Part shown: positions 8,286 to 16,918 of the stretch, one piece after another | Layout: every line of letters starts with the position of its first letter | How positions within the stretch are numbered: position 1 is the first letter of the stretch | Origin: Verrucomicrobiota bacterium | GTDB taxonomy: Bacteria > Verrucomicrobiota > Verrucomicrobiia > Limisphaerales > SXQI01 | DNA length: 24,402 nucleotides | Direction: 5' to 3' | NCBI GenBank assembly: GCA_033762115.1 | Contig: JANRLX010000127.1 | Location: forward strand, 1 to 24,402 | The notes under the pieces: model-generated | Told to the model about the DNA's origin: nothing | What the model saw: only the letters and a program-made list of their open reading frames with translations | Databases searched by the model: none | Translations under genes and position numbers: made by a program

Positions 8286-9345
8286 GCTTGTTGAGCACAG
8301 CTTCAATTAAAATGCGAGTTGGTGTATTCAGTTCCATTTCCAGGCAGGCATTCAATGGCACCCAGCGGAATTCCTGGGCTTCATCATTGAGCTTCACCTG
8401 CCCCGGCAGACTGCGGCAGAGATAATTCAGCAAAACAAAATGGGCTTCCCGATAAAATTCCTTTGAACGGATGCAATCCTGCACCAAAACGAACTGAATG
8501 TCTGTGACATGGAGGTTCGTTTCTTCAAGCAACTCCCGTTGAAGCGCGGTTTCCGAAGGTTCGCCATATTTCACTTTCCCTCCCGGAATCCCCCAGAGGT
8601 TGGACCATTTGCGAGTGCGGACCATCAATGCCTCCTTACGCTCGTTCAGGATAAGGCCGCCGACAGTGGTGATTGGAAATTCGGGAAGCGGGCCGAGCCC
8701 AGCATCGTCCGGTAAAGCCCAACCATTCTGATCCAGGAGTTGCAGAAGTTCACCCAGATGCTCGGCAATTATATCCGGTTGCGACTGGCGCAATTGCTCG
8801 GGGGAATTGTACCCGGTGAGGACTGCGCAGGAACGGACACCACCATGACGGGCGGTGTTGATATCGTGCTGCATGTCTCCAATGTAAAGCGTTTCATCCA
8901 GCAATAGATGGTGCCGTTTAATCAGCTCAAGGATGATCGGCCGCTTATCAAGCGCGCCGGTAAAGCAGTGATGGAGGAACCGGTCAAACCCGAGCCGTTC
9001 GGCTTGCAATTTCAAGTGGTTCTCGGGAACGGCGGTTAAAAGAAAGGTCCTGATCCCTTTTTTTTCACACTGCTCCAGGAAATTCCGCGCATGAGGCAGC
9101 TCGGTGACATTGTCATGCACCTCGGAAAAACGGACATGAAACCATTGCTCGATTTGTCCAGGAGGAACATTTGGAAGAAAGCGTTTATAGAAATCCTCAA
9201 AGGGAAAGGTGAATTCCCGGCGGAAGGTGGCAAGTTCCATTTCGGCCAATCCGGCATTGACGAATACATGATTCGTGGCCTCCCACACAGCGGGCAGGTC
9301 GTCCACCAATGTGCCGGACCAATCGAAGATAATATTTCGAATCAT
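8275..9345 (-). CDS. HAD-family phosphatase fused to a C-terminal Nudix hydrolase
   Basis: HAD motif I IIFDWSGTLVDD, motif II LLT and motif IV YIGDMQHD. Nudix box GGKVKYGEPSETALQRELLEETNL. Start placed at ATG 9345 (MIRNIIFD) because the longer ORF overlaps the divergent gene. Confidence 0.9.
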   Translation of the reverse strand: MIRNIIFDWSGTLVDDLPAVWEATNHVFVNAGLAEMELATFRREFTFPFEDFYKRFLPNVPPGQIEQWFHVRFSEVHDNVTELPHARNFLEQCEKKGIRTFLLTAVPENHLKLQAERLGFDRFLHHCFTGALDKRPIILELIKRHHLLLDETLYIGDMQHDINTARHGGVRSCAVLTGYNSPEQLRQSQPDIIAEHLGELLQLLDQNGWALPDDAGLGPLPEFPITTVGGLILNERKEALMVRTRKWSNLWGIPGGKVKYGEPSETALQRELLEETNLHVTDIQFVLVQDCIRSKEFYREAHFVLLNYLCRSLPGQVKLNDEAQEFRWVPLNACLEMELNTPTRILIEAVLNKHEF

Positions 9346-9473
9346 GTGACTTCCAGCCGACCGCTTCATTCCAATACCGCAGGAATATGGCCGCAATCCA
9401 AAGCGCCTCACAAGTAAACAAATGGAATCGCAAAGCTGATTGATCGAACCGCGTTCACTCTTCATCATCAGGC

Positions 9474-10652
9474 ATGCGCTATCGCCGATTTGGCAAAACG
9501 GAGTTGCAGATGCCGGTGTTCTCCTGCGGGGGAATGCGTTACCAGCACAAATGGCAGGATGTTCCGCCGCATGAAATTCCCAGGGAAAACCAGGCGAACC
9601 TGGAGGCCACGATTCATCGCGCACTGGAGCTGGGGATCAACCATATCGAAACGGCACGTGGTTACGGCACTTCAGAAATGCAACTGGGCTGGCTGCTGCC
9701 GCAATTGCCGCGGGACAAAATGATCGTGCAGACAAAGGTCGCCCCGTTTCCAACCGCGCGGGAGTTTCGGGAAACGTTCAATCAGTCGATGAACTACCTG
9801 AAGCTTGATTACGTGGATCTTTTATCCCTGCATGGGATCAATAATCGTGAGCTTCTGGACTGGTCTCTGCAAAAGGGTGGCTGCCTGGAGGAGGCACGCA
9901 AAATCCAAGGGGAAGGGCGGGCTCGTTTCATCGGATTTTCCACGCACGCAACCCCTGAAGTGATTCTCGAGGCCGTTGAGAGCGGCGGGTTCGATTATTT
10001 CAACGTGCATTGGTACTTCGTCAATCACCTGAACTGGTCTTCAATCGAGGCGGCGCAGAAGCGGGACATGGGAATTTTTATCATCAGCCCGACGGACAAG
10101 GGAGGGAAACTGTATTCACCTCCGCAAAAAATGATTGAGCTTTGTCATCCATTATCTCCGATAGCCTTTAACGACCTTTATTGTCTGGCGCGGCCGGAAA
10201 TCCATACACTCAGTCTTGGTGCGGCACGCCCGGCTGATTTTGATGAGCATGTGGCTGCACTGGAGCATTACGATCGTGCAGCGGAGGTGGTTGCGCCCAT
10301 CGAAGCAAAATTACAAATGGAGCTGGAGCGGGTCCTGGGTAGGGATTGGTGCAACCACTGGCACGAAGGCTTGCCGCAATATTTTGAAGTTCCGGGCCAA
10401 ATCAATATCGTCGAAATCCTGAGGCTCTGGACTTATGCCAAGTCCCTTGATCTCGTGGAGTGGGGAAAGATGCGTTACAATCTGCTGGGCCAGGCGGAGC
10501 ATTGGTTTCCTGGGGAAAATGCCGCATCCCTTCCCGCAAACATCCGGGAAATCGTTCAACACAGCCGCTTCGCGGATCGAATCCCCGCAATCCTCCGGGA
10601 AGCGCACGAACTTCTCTATGAGAAACCAGTCAAACGATTAAGCCAAAGCTAA
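9474..10652 (+). CDS. aldo/keto reductase family oxidoreductase (COG1453-like)
   Basis: [37 protein letters not shown] and FIGFSTH. Confidence 0.9.
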   Translation: MRYRRFGKTELQMPVFSCGGMRYQHKWQDVPPHEIPRENQANLEATIHRALELGINHIETARGYGTSEMQLGWLLPQLPRDKMIVQTKVAPFPTAREFRETFNQSMNYLKLDYVDLLSLHGINNRELLDWSLQKGGCLEEARKIQGEGRARFIGFSTHATPEVILEAVESGGFDYFNVHWYFVNHLNWSSIEAAQKRDMGIFIISPTDKGGKLYSPPQKMIELCHPLSPIAFNDLYCLARPEIHTLSLGAARPADFDEHVAALEHYDRAAEVVAPIEAKLQMELERVLGRDWCNHWHEGLPQYFEVPGQINIVEILRLWTYAKSLDLVEWGKMRYNLLGQAEHWFPGENAASLPANIREIVQHSRFADRIPAILREAHELLYEKPVKRLSQS

Positions 10653-10668
10653 GCGACGCAAAGCGGAC

Positions 10669-11238
10669 TTATTTCAATTGACTGAATTCCTCCTGAACCG
10701 GGAAGGCAGGCAAACCATCGATGCTCCGCTGGTTTTTGGCGACACGATAGGCGCGGACTTTTTCCGGGCCCTGTTTAGTAGCCCAGCGATCCAAGATGTC
10801 ACGATTCCCTTTGAACTCGTAATAAGGAACAGAGTATCCGCACGAGGAGGAAACTCGGCTAATGGCAATATTCACGAATGCCCTTGTGCCTGGATTCACC
10901 GGGAATTTGCCGAGCATTTCCTCAAAGCGCGGGTGCCCCTCCGTGATCAATGTCCCCTGGCCATGCAGGCGCACAATTTGGGGACTGCCTTTGAACGCGC
11001 AGAACATGATCACGATTCGGCCGTTCTCCCGGAGATGCGCGGCAGTTTCAGCGCCGCTTCCAGTATAATCCTGATAGACTGCCTCTCTGGGTCCGAGCAC
11101 GCGGAATGCCTCTCCGCCTTTGGGCGAGGTATTGATGTGACCCCTGGGAGAAAGTGGAGCGGTGGCAACAAAGAAGAGATGCTGCTCTGCGATCCATTCA
11201 GCAAGCTCTTGATCAATCTGCTCGAGCTGCTTGCTCAT
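10669..11238 (-). CDS. pyridoxamine 5'-phosphate oxidase-like FMN-binding protein
   Basis: FFVATAP, NTSPKG, DYTGSGAETAAHLRENGRIVIMFCAF and SSCGYSVP. Start at ATG 11238, 16 nt after the erpA stop. Confidence 0.88.
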   Translation of the reverse strand: MSKQLEQIDQELAEWIAEQHLFFVATAPLSPRGHINTSPKGGEAFRVLGPREAVYQDYTGSGAETAAHLRENGRIVIMFCAFKGSPQIVRLHGQGTLITEGHPRFEEMLGKFPVNPGTRAFVNIAISRVSSSCGYSVPYYEFKGNRDILDRWATKQGPEKVRAYRVAKNQRSIDGLPAFPVQEEFSQLK

Positions 11239-11254
11239 GAAGTTTCCAAAAAAA

Positions 11255-11605
11255 TCAGGCTTCGAACGACTTTCCGCACCCGCATGATTGCCGGGCATTC
11301 GGATTGCTGATTTTAAAACCACCACCGGTCAAGCTATCCACGTAATCCACCTTGCAGCCACGCAGATATTCAGCACTGATCTTGTCCACACGCACAGCCA
11401 CTCCGAAAAATTCCGCGGTAAAATCCTCAGGCCGTTCCTCGTCAAAGGTCATGCCATACTGCATTCCGGAGCAACCACCCTGTTCGACAAAAACACGCAA
11501 ACCTTTTCCCGCGGGATTTTCTTCCTTTGCAATCAGCTCACGAACCTGGTTCGCTGCGCTTTCAGTTAAAGTGATAACAGAATCGTTGGAGGTGGCTGTG
11601 CTCAT
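11255..11605 (-). CDS. erpA: A-type Fe-S carrier / cluster insertion protein (ErpA/IscA/HesB family)
   Basis: LRVFVEQGGCSGMQY and NPNARQSCGCGKSF. The erpA versus iscA assignment cannot be resolved from motifs alone. Confidence 0.9.
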   Translation of the reverse strand: MSTATSNDSVITLTESAANQVRELIAKEENPAGKGLRVFVEQGGCSGMQYGMTFDEERPEDFTAEFFGVAVRVDKISAEYLRGCKVDYVDSLTGGGFKISNPNARQSCGCGKSFEA

Positions 11606-11616
11606 CGTCCGAGCTT

Positions 11617-11644
11617 ACTTTAAACGCGCTGGTGAGGGTGTCAA
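11617..11644 (-). promoter_or_regulatory. sigma70-type promoter of erpA (near-leaderless)
   Basis: Minus strand TTGACA-16 bp-TAAAGT, with the -10 element ending 11 nt before ATG 11605. Confidence 0.55.
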
Positions 11645-11668
11645 CTTCTCCCCCCCACAGACGCTCTC

Positions 11669-12757
11669 TTATAATTTTGCAATGGCGTCGTCCATCGCGC
11701 TGTAAAGCTGGTTCATCGTGGCTTCCGTTTCATCACCCATGTTCGAAATGCGGAAAGTGGTTCCTTTGATCTTTCCATAACCGCCATCAATTAAAAAGCC
11801 GCGGTCCTTGACGAGTTTCTGGAACTTCGCCACATCAATGGTGCGTCCGCCCGGTTTCGCGCCATTGTTGACGCAGGTCAGCGTCACCGATTCAAAACCC
11901 TTTTCCGGGAACAAGGTGAAGCCATGCTTGAATGCCCATTGGTGCGTCAATTGGGAAAGAGTCGCATGCCGCAGGAAACGTGCGTCCAACCCTTCCGCAA
12001 AGAATTCATCCAGCTTGGAGGAGAGCGCATAAACATGACCGATGCTTGGGGTGCTCGGAGTCATGCTTCCTTCCGCATTTTTCTGGAACTCCGCAAAATC
12101 AAAGTAATATCCGCGATCCTTGACCGTGGCGGCTTTGGCGAGGGCCGCATTGGAAGCAGTGAAAACGGTTAATCCCGGCGGCAGGGCAAATGCCTTCTGG
12201 GTTCCTGCCAGAAGAACGTCAATACCGAGTTGATCAAAGGAGATCTTCGTTGCAGTCAGGGAGCTGACCGCATCAATGATGAACATGACGTCAGGATATT
12301 TTTTCTTCAGCTTTGCAATTTCAATCAGCGGGCTCATCACGCCGGTGGAAGTTTCATTGTGAATCAGCGTGATCGCATCAAATTCCCCGCTGGCGAGTTT
12401 CTTGTCCACCTGCTCGGCCAGGATGGGAGAACCCCAATCAACTTTGAGACCCTCGGCGGCTTTGCCGCAACGTTGGGAGACATCCAGCCATTTGTCGGAA
12501 AATGCCCCGCACATGCAGTTGAGCACTTTTTTGGTGACCAGATTGCGGATGGCCCCTTCCATCACACCCCAGGCAGAAGAGGTGCTGAGATAAACGAGTT
12601 GCCTTGTCTCGAGCAACTGCTGAAGCTGCGGCTGCATCTTCGCGTAGAGGTCTTTGAACCCTTGCCCGCGATGCCCGATCATGGGAGAACGAAACGCCTG
12701 GAAGGTTTTTTCACTCACCTCAACCGGGCCGGGAATATGGAGTTTCACATGAGCCAT
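11669..12757 (-). CDS. class V PLP-dependent aminotransferase (alanine-glyoxylate/serine-pyruvate family)
   Basis: IPGPVEV, HNETSTGV, IIDAVSS, GTQKAFALPPG (PLP Lys), TPSTP and FRISNMG. Confidence 0.93.
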   Translation of the reverse strand: MAHVKLHIPGPVEVSEKTFQAFRSPMIGHRGQGFKDLYAKMQPQLQQLLETRQLVYLSTSSAWGVMEGAIRNLVTKKVLNCMCGAFSDKWLDVSQRCGKAAEGLKVDWGSPILAEQVDKKLASGEFDAITLIHNETSTGVMSPLIEIAKLKKKYPDVMFIIDAVSSLTATKISFDQLGIDVLLAGTQKAFALPPGLTVFTASNAALAKAATVKDRGYYFDFAEFQKNAEGSMTPSTPSIGHVYALSSKLDEFFAEGLDARFLRHATLSQLTHQWAFKHGFTLFPEKGFESVTLTCVNNGAKPGGRTIDVAKFQKLVKDRGFLIDGGYGKIKGTTFRISNMGDETEATMNQLYSAMDDAIAKL

Positions 12758-12763
12758 AAAAGT

Positions 12764-12781
12764 ATGTGAAATTTTTCACAA
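12764..12781. promoter_or_regulatory. palindromic operator, CRP-type TGTGA-N6-TCACA / Rex-like
   Basis: ATGTGAAATTTTTCACAA, with the TGTGA core starting 7 bp upstream of the aminotransferase ATG. Confidence 0.6.
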
Positions 12782-12873
12782 GCAGGCCTGGCTGGCAAGC
12801 CTTTTAGCAGGGTTCCCTGTCCCCCGGTCAAATCAGGATGGCAATGATTTGAAAGTTGCTTTACCCTGCGGGC

Positions 12874-13104
12874 ATGATTCAGCCCGAGGATCTGGTTGGT
12901 GAAGAGTGGGCCGAATGGTACCGCCTCACACCTCTGGAACGGTGGGCCGAAAGCCAGAAACTATGGCAAACGTATCTGGCGCTTGGAGGATCACTTGACC
13001 CTGAACCCGATACACAAAGTCCTTTCTTCGATGCAGCAGAGGCAGGTAAAAGCGCTCCTGATGGGAGGACAGGCGTGCGTATTTTACGGCGCGGCAGAGT
13101 TTAG
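12874..13104 (+). CDS. small hypothetical protein, upstream partner of a nucleotidyltransferase-like gene
   Basis: 76-aa ORF (MIQPEDLVGEEWAEWYRLTPLERW...) whose 3' half overlaps the start of the NTase-like remnant, an arrangement typical of two-gene TA-like modules. Confidence 0.65.
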   Translation: MIQPEDLVGEEWAEWYRLTPLERWAESQKLWQTYLALGGSLDPEPDTQSPFFDAAEAGKSAPDGRTGVRILRRGRV

Positions 13105-13274
13105 CGGCAAAGGCTTGACCATTGTTAAGTGAGGCCTGCTCAGGCGATCTCCAGAAAGTCAAACAAGCCCTTTTTGGTGAAGTATCCAGTGAACGTCAAC
13201 GGGACGCTGATTATTGGAAACCATTAAGAATAGAACTTGAGAAGCTTCGCCACAGCGCACGGGATAAATCTTGA
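12995..13274 (+). pseudogene. internally deleted nucleotidyltransferase-like gene
   Basis: GGAGGA 4 nt before TTG 12995. The N-terminal part reads LNPIHKVLSSM...LLMGGQACVFYGAAEFS (NTase GG motif) and breaks before the expected DxD. A second frame (13119-13274) reads PLLSEAC...ERQRDADYWKPLRIELEKLRHSARDKS*, resembling a helical C-terminus, and is preceded by TGA. Confidence 0.65.
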
Positions 13275-13355
13275 GCAACTGATGTAATTTCCTTTTTGGA
13301 ATCAGCTTCTTGCTTAAGCAGCTTGTTATCAACGAGATCCATCAAGGCATTTCGT

Positions 13356-13383
13356 TTGACAGCCGACAATCCAATGGTACTTT
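13356..13383 (+). promoter_or_regulatory. sigma70-type promoter of the 2-oxoacid oxidoreductase operon
   Basis: TTGACA-16 bp-TACTTT with an extended -10 TG. Confidence 0.6.
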
Positions 13384-13461
13384 GGATGCCATTGCGTTAA
13401 TTTCCGCAATCGTTACCCCGATCATTGAGTGTCGGCAGGTCTTTATTTGTCTTAAATACAC

Positions 13462-15288
13462 ATGAGTGAAGTAGCTAGTGGAACCGCATCAGCCAGCGGG
13501 GCCAATCCAAAAATTTCGAAAATTTCTGAAGCTGTCATCCGCCTGGCTGGTAATTCACAGGATGGTATTCAGGCCATTGGCGGCTTCCTGGCACGTCTGG
13601 CCGGTCGCAGCGAACAGGAAGTCATGACCTTCATGACCATTCCTTCCACAATTTCCGGTGGTCCATCGATTTTCCAGGTCCGGATCGGTTCCGGGGAAGT
13701 CCTCAGCGCAGGTGACGAAGCGGACATGCTTGTTGCTTTTTATCAGCATTCCTATGAAGGACATATCGCTTCTCTCCGCAAGGGAGGAATCGTTCTTTAT
13801 GATTCCGATCATGTCCAGCCAAACGCGGAATTTGAAAAAGAATATCGGCATGTCGGGGTGGCGATCACAAGCCTGACCGTGGAGGCGATTGGCGGCACTG
13901 CAAAGGACAAGGGGAAGAATATTTATACGCTCGGGCTGCTGGCGAAAATTTTTGATCTGAATGTCACCAAGCTTCAGAAGCTGATTGGTGAGCGGTTTAC
14001 CGGCAAGGATGAAAGTGTCCTTAAGAACGCGCTGAATGCTTTCCATGCCGGATATGGACATTCGTTGGGAAATATTCTCGAAACGTTCCAATTCACCGAA
14101 AGCCGCAAACGAAATGCCCATCAGGTCGTGATGAACGGCAACGAGGCGCTCGCTTATGGATTGATTGCTGCGGGAGTGCGGTTCGGTGCAGGGTATCCGA
14201 TCACTCCCTGGTCTGACATCATGGAAATTCTCCGTCGCGAATTGCCAAAATATGGCGGCACTTTCGTGCAGTGCGAGGATGAGATCGCATCGGTTTCCAT
14301 GGCGCTCGGCGGCAGCTATGCGGGGCGCGTGTCCGTCACCGGCTCGAGTGGTCCTGGAATTTCCCTGAAAACGGAGGCGTTGGGTTGGGGTGTGATGGCT
14401 GAGATGCCATTGGTCATTGTTGATGTCCAGCGTGGAGGGCCTTCCACGGGAATGCCGACCAATGTCGAGCAGTCCGATTTGAACATCGCTGTTTATGGTG
14501 GTCATGGAGATTCACCTCGAGTTGTCCTGGCTCCCGCCAGTGTGGAGGATGCTTTTTATACTGCCATTGAAGCGGTGAATATTGCCCGGAATTACAATGT
14601 TCCAGTCATTATTTTATCTGACCAGGCGATTGCCACCCGCATCGAAGCCTTTGAAGAACCCAACCTGGAACAAATCTGCCAGGATATCTCTCCTGATCTG
14701 ACTCCGATTCCCGAACATAAACCGTATGATCTGACCCCGGCAAACGGCGTTGGTTCACGAGTTGCCCCCGGCACGCGGATCATGAATGGCAAATATCCGG
14801 TTGTGACCGGATTGGAGCATGATGAAATGGGGCACCCGACTGGTTCGCCCAAATTGCATACCCAGATGGTCGGGAAACGGCGCAAAAAGCTTCAGGCGCT
14901 TTCCGCGACCCTCCCAGTTCCTGAAATTTATGGTCCGCCGGAAGGCAACGTCCTCCTGGTGGGCTGGGGTTCCACTTTAGGGCCCATCCGTGAAGCAGTG
15001 GATCGTGCCCGCGCGGCTGGAGACAGCGTTTCCGCCATTCACATCAAGCACATCTCACCGCTCCCGCCGGGACTCGAAAATATTTTTGCCGGATTCAATC
15101 ATGTATTCGTCGTGGAAATGAACGATGAGGGATTGTACGGCTACGGCCAGTTGGGCGGGTTGCTCCGGGCACGTTTTTGTGACCCGAAAATCCGTGGCAT
15201 TACCAAGACCGATGGATTGACCTGGAAAGTGCGGGAGATTCTTGAACGGGCCCGCGCCACCGTCTCCACTGAAATCCGCAAGATGTAA
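13462..15288 (+). CDS. korA: 2-oxoacid:acceptor (ferredoxin) oxidoreductase subunit alpha (gamma-alpha fusion)
   Basis: N-terminal gamma-like domain (RLAGNSQDG), GNEALA, GYPITP, QCEDEIAS, SSGPGISL, VQRGGPSTGMPT and VVEMN. Substrate specificity is not determined. Confidence 0.93.
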   Translation: MSEVASGTASASGANPKISKISEAVIRLAGNSQDGIQAIGGFLARLAGRSEQEVMTFMTIPSTISGGPSIFQVRIGSGEVLSAGDEADMLVAFYQHSYEGHIASLRKGGIVLYDSDHVQPNAEFEKEYRHVGVAITSLTVEAIGGTAKDKGKNIYTLGLLAKIFDLNVTKLQKLIGERFTGKDESVLKNALNAFHAGYGHSLGNILETFQFTESRKRNAHQVVMNGNEALAYGLIAAGVRFGAGYPITPWSDIMEILRRELPKYGGTFVQCEDEIASVSMALGGSYAGRVSVTGSSGPGISLKTEALGWGVMAEMPLVIVDVQRGGPSTGMPTNVEQSDLNIAVYGGHGDSPRVVLAPASVEDAFYTAIEAVNIARNYNVPVIILSDQAIATRIEAFEEPNLEQICQDISPDLTPIPEHKPYDLTPANGVGSRVAPGTRIMNGKYPVVTGLEHDEMGHPTGSPKLHTQMVGKRRKKLQALSATLPVPEIYGPPEGNVLLVGWGSTLGPIREAVDRARAAGDSVSAIHIKHISPLPPGLENIFAGFNHVFVVEMNDEGLYGYGQLGGLLRARFCDPKIRGITKTDGLTWKVREILERARATVSTEIRKM

Positions 15289-15299
15289 GAAAATTTGAA

Positions 15300-16229
15300 A
15301 TGAGCGCTATTTCACCTGAAACGATTGTTCCCACGGCTGTTGCTGTTCCAACTGAGGAACGGAAGCCACTGACGAAAAAAGAGATTTCCGCGGACCACCC
15401 CACCTGGTGCCCTGGCTGTGGTGATTTTGCAGTCCTCGCCCTCTATTTTAAGCTGATTGAACGGCGGAAACTCCATCACGAAAAAATTACCACGGTCGCC
15501 GGGATCGGTTGTTCAAGCCGCTTTCCCTATTTCGTCCAGGCCCACGGCGCGCATTTTATCCATGGCCGGGCCCTGCCATTTGCCAGCGGAATTTCTTTAA
15601 CAAGGCCGGACCTGCACCCGTTCGTTTTTGGTGGTGACGGGGACGCATTTTCCATCGGCGGAAATCACGTCAACCACACCGCCCGCAAAAATATCAAGAT
15701 GACCTATGTCATCATGGATAATTTTGTTTATGGCCTGACCAAAAAGCAAACAAGCCCCACTTCTCCCATCGGTTTTAAAAGCAAAACCGATATCTGGGGA
15801 GCGATGGACCAGCCAATCAACCCGATGAAACAGTTGATCTCCGCTGGCGCAACTTTTGTGGCACGCACCACTGCGACCAACCCGAACCATGTTTTGCAGA
15901 TGATGGAAGCGGCCATGGACCATGACGGGTTCAGCGTCATTGAATGTTTGAGCGAGTGCATCGAGTTCTACGAAGGGGCGTTTGATGCTGCCAACCCTCG
16001 TAAAGGAGGGGCGTTCAACACGGTTCCTGCCGACCATGATCTCACTGACGAGCATGCAGCCTACAAACTGGCGGATGCTGCATGGCCTGGATATTTCGGG
16101 ATTTTTTACAAAACCTCCCGCCCGACCAAGAATGCAAACGAGGCAAAAATCAATGCCACCTCACGGGAAAAGGTAAAAGACCTGAAGGATTGGCAAATCC
16201 TCGCGCAGACCTTGAACAAGATGAAGTAA
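15300..16229 (+). CDS. korB: 2-oxoacid:acceptor oxidoreductase subunit beta (TPP-binding)
   Basis: TWCPGCGD, GIGCS, HGRA, GGDGD...DNFVYGLTKKQTSPT. Confidence 0.93.
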   Translation: MSAISPETIVPTAVAVPTEERKPLTKKEISADHPTWCPGCGDFAVLALYFKLIERRKLHHEKITTVAGIGCSSRFPYFVQAHGAHFIHGRALPFASGISLTRPDLHPFVFGGDGDAFSIGGNHVNHTARKNIKMTYVIMDNFVYGLTKKQTSPTSPIGFKSKTDIWGAMDQPINPMKQLISAGATFVARTTATNPNHVLQMMEAAMDHDGFSVIECLSECIEFYEGAFDAANPRKGGAFNTVPADHDLTDEHAAYKLADAAWPGYFGIFYKTSRPTKNANEAKINATSREKVKDLKDWQILAQTLNKMK

Positions 16230-16234
16230 CCCTG

Positions 16235-16260
16235 AAGGGCCGCTGTAAAGGCGCCCTTTT
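16235..16260 (+). terminator. probable intrinsic terminator after korB
   Basis: AAGGGC-c-GC/GC-GCCCTT stem followed by a short T run, between convergent genes. Confidence 0.5.
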
Positions 16261-16280
16261 CCCATGCCACCAGAAACCCG

Positions 16281-16841
16281 CTACGGTTTCTGGTTGAATC
16301 GTTGGGCAAGTGTTCCCCTGTCTGTTCGAATAACGGTGCCCGGCTTGATCTGGTGCCGTTCAAACCAGCCATGCTTGGTTTCCAGAACATACCGCACCTG
16401 GTCCGTTGAGGCCACAATCGGGGTCTCCTCGTGCGGTTTCATATCATGGATTTCCAGGATGGTTCCTTCGCTGTCGATATAAGCGCAGGAAAGGGGAATA
16501 TCCACATTTCGCATCCAGAAGGAAGCCTGATGCGGCCGCGCAAAAATGAAAAGCATCGCTTCCGATTCAAGGATGTTGGTGCGAAACATCATGCCTGTGC
16601 TGATTTCCTCCAAACTAACGGCGATTTCGGCAATCAACTCCTCTTTCCCAAGCCAAAGTTTGACGGTGCTCAGTTTTGGTTGTGCTTTCGTGGGGGTAAA
16701 AGCCAGCGTCTTTTCTGCGGGTGGACTCGCCGGAAGCGATTTTTGAACTTCACTCGCCGCAGGAGACGCTGCTTCTCCGCAGCCAGTCCCGAGTCCCACA
16801 AACAGCAGGATGCCACAAACAAATGCCGACACTTTCATCAT
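16281..16841 (-). CDS. DUF192-family exported protein (possible lipoprotein)
   Basis: Signal-like N-terminus ending GTGC, then GMMFR, MLFIF, SFWMRNVDIPL and YVLETKHGWF. Confidence 0.85.
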   Translation of the reverse strand: MMKVSAFVCGILLFVGLGTGCGEAASPAASEVQKSLPASPPAEKTLAFTPTKAQPKLSTVKLWLGKEELIAEIAVSLEEISTGMMFRTNILESEAMLFIFARPHQASFWMRNVDIPLSCAYIDSEGTILEIHDMKPHEETPIVASTDQVRYVLETKHGWFERHQIKPGTVIRTDRGTLAQRFNQKP

Positions 16842-16918
16842 GTTAGTTGAACAGATTCAGGCCGCGATTCAACTGCATTTCCATTTTCAATCGGTTCCGA
16901 TTGCTCAATACTTCAATT

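Noticed and set aside
9346..9624. 93-aa N-terminal extension of the HAD-Nudix ORF
   Set aside because: Overlaps the divergent aldo/keto reductase, and HAD motif I normally sits at the very N-terminus.
13311..13320. Palindrome TGCTTAAGCA upstream of the korA promoter
   Set aside because: A single 10-bp palindrome is expected by chance in 24 kb, and no second copy was noticed.
13555..14505. 316-aa minus-strand ORF
   Set aside because: Lies wholly antisense to korA; a shadow ORF.
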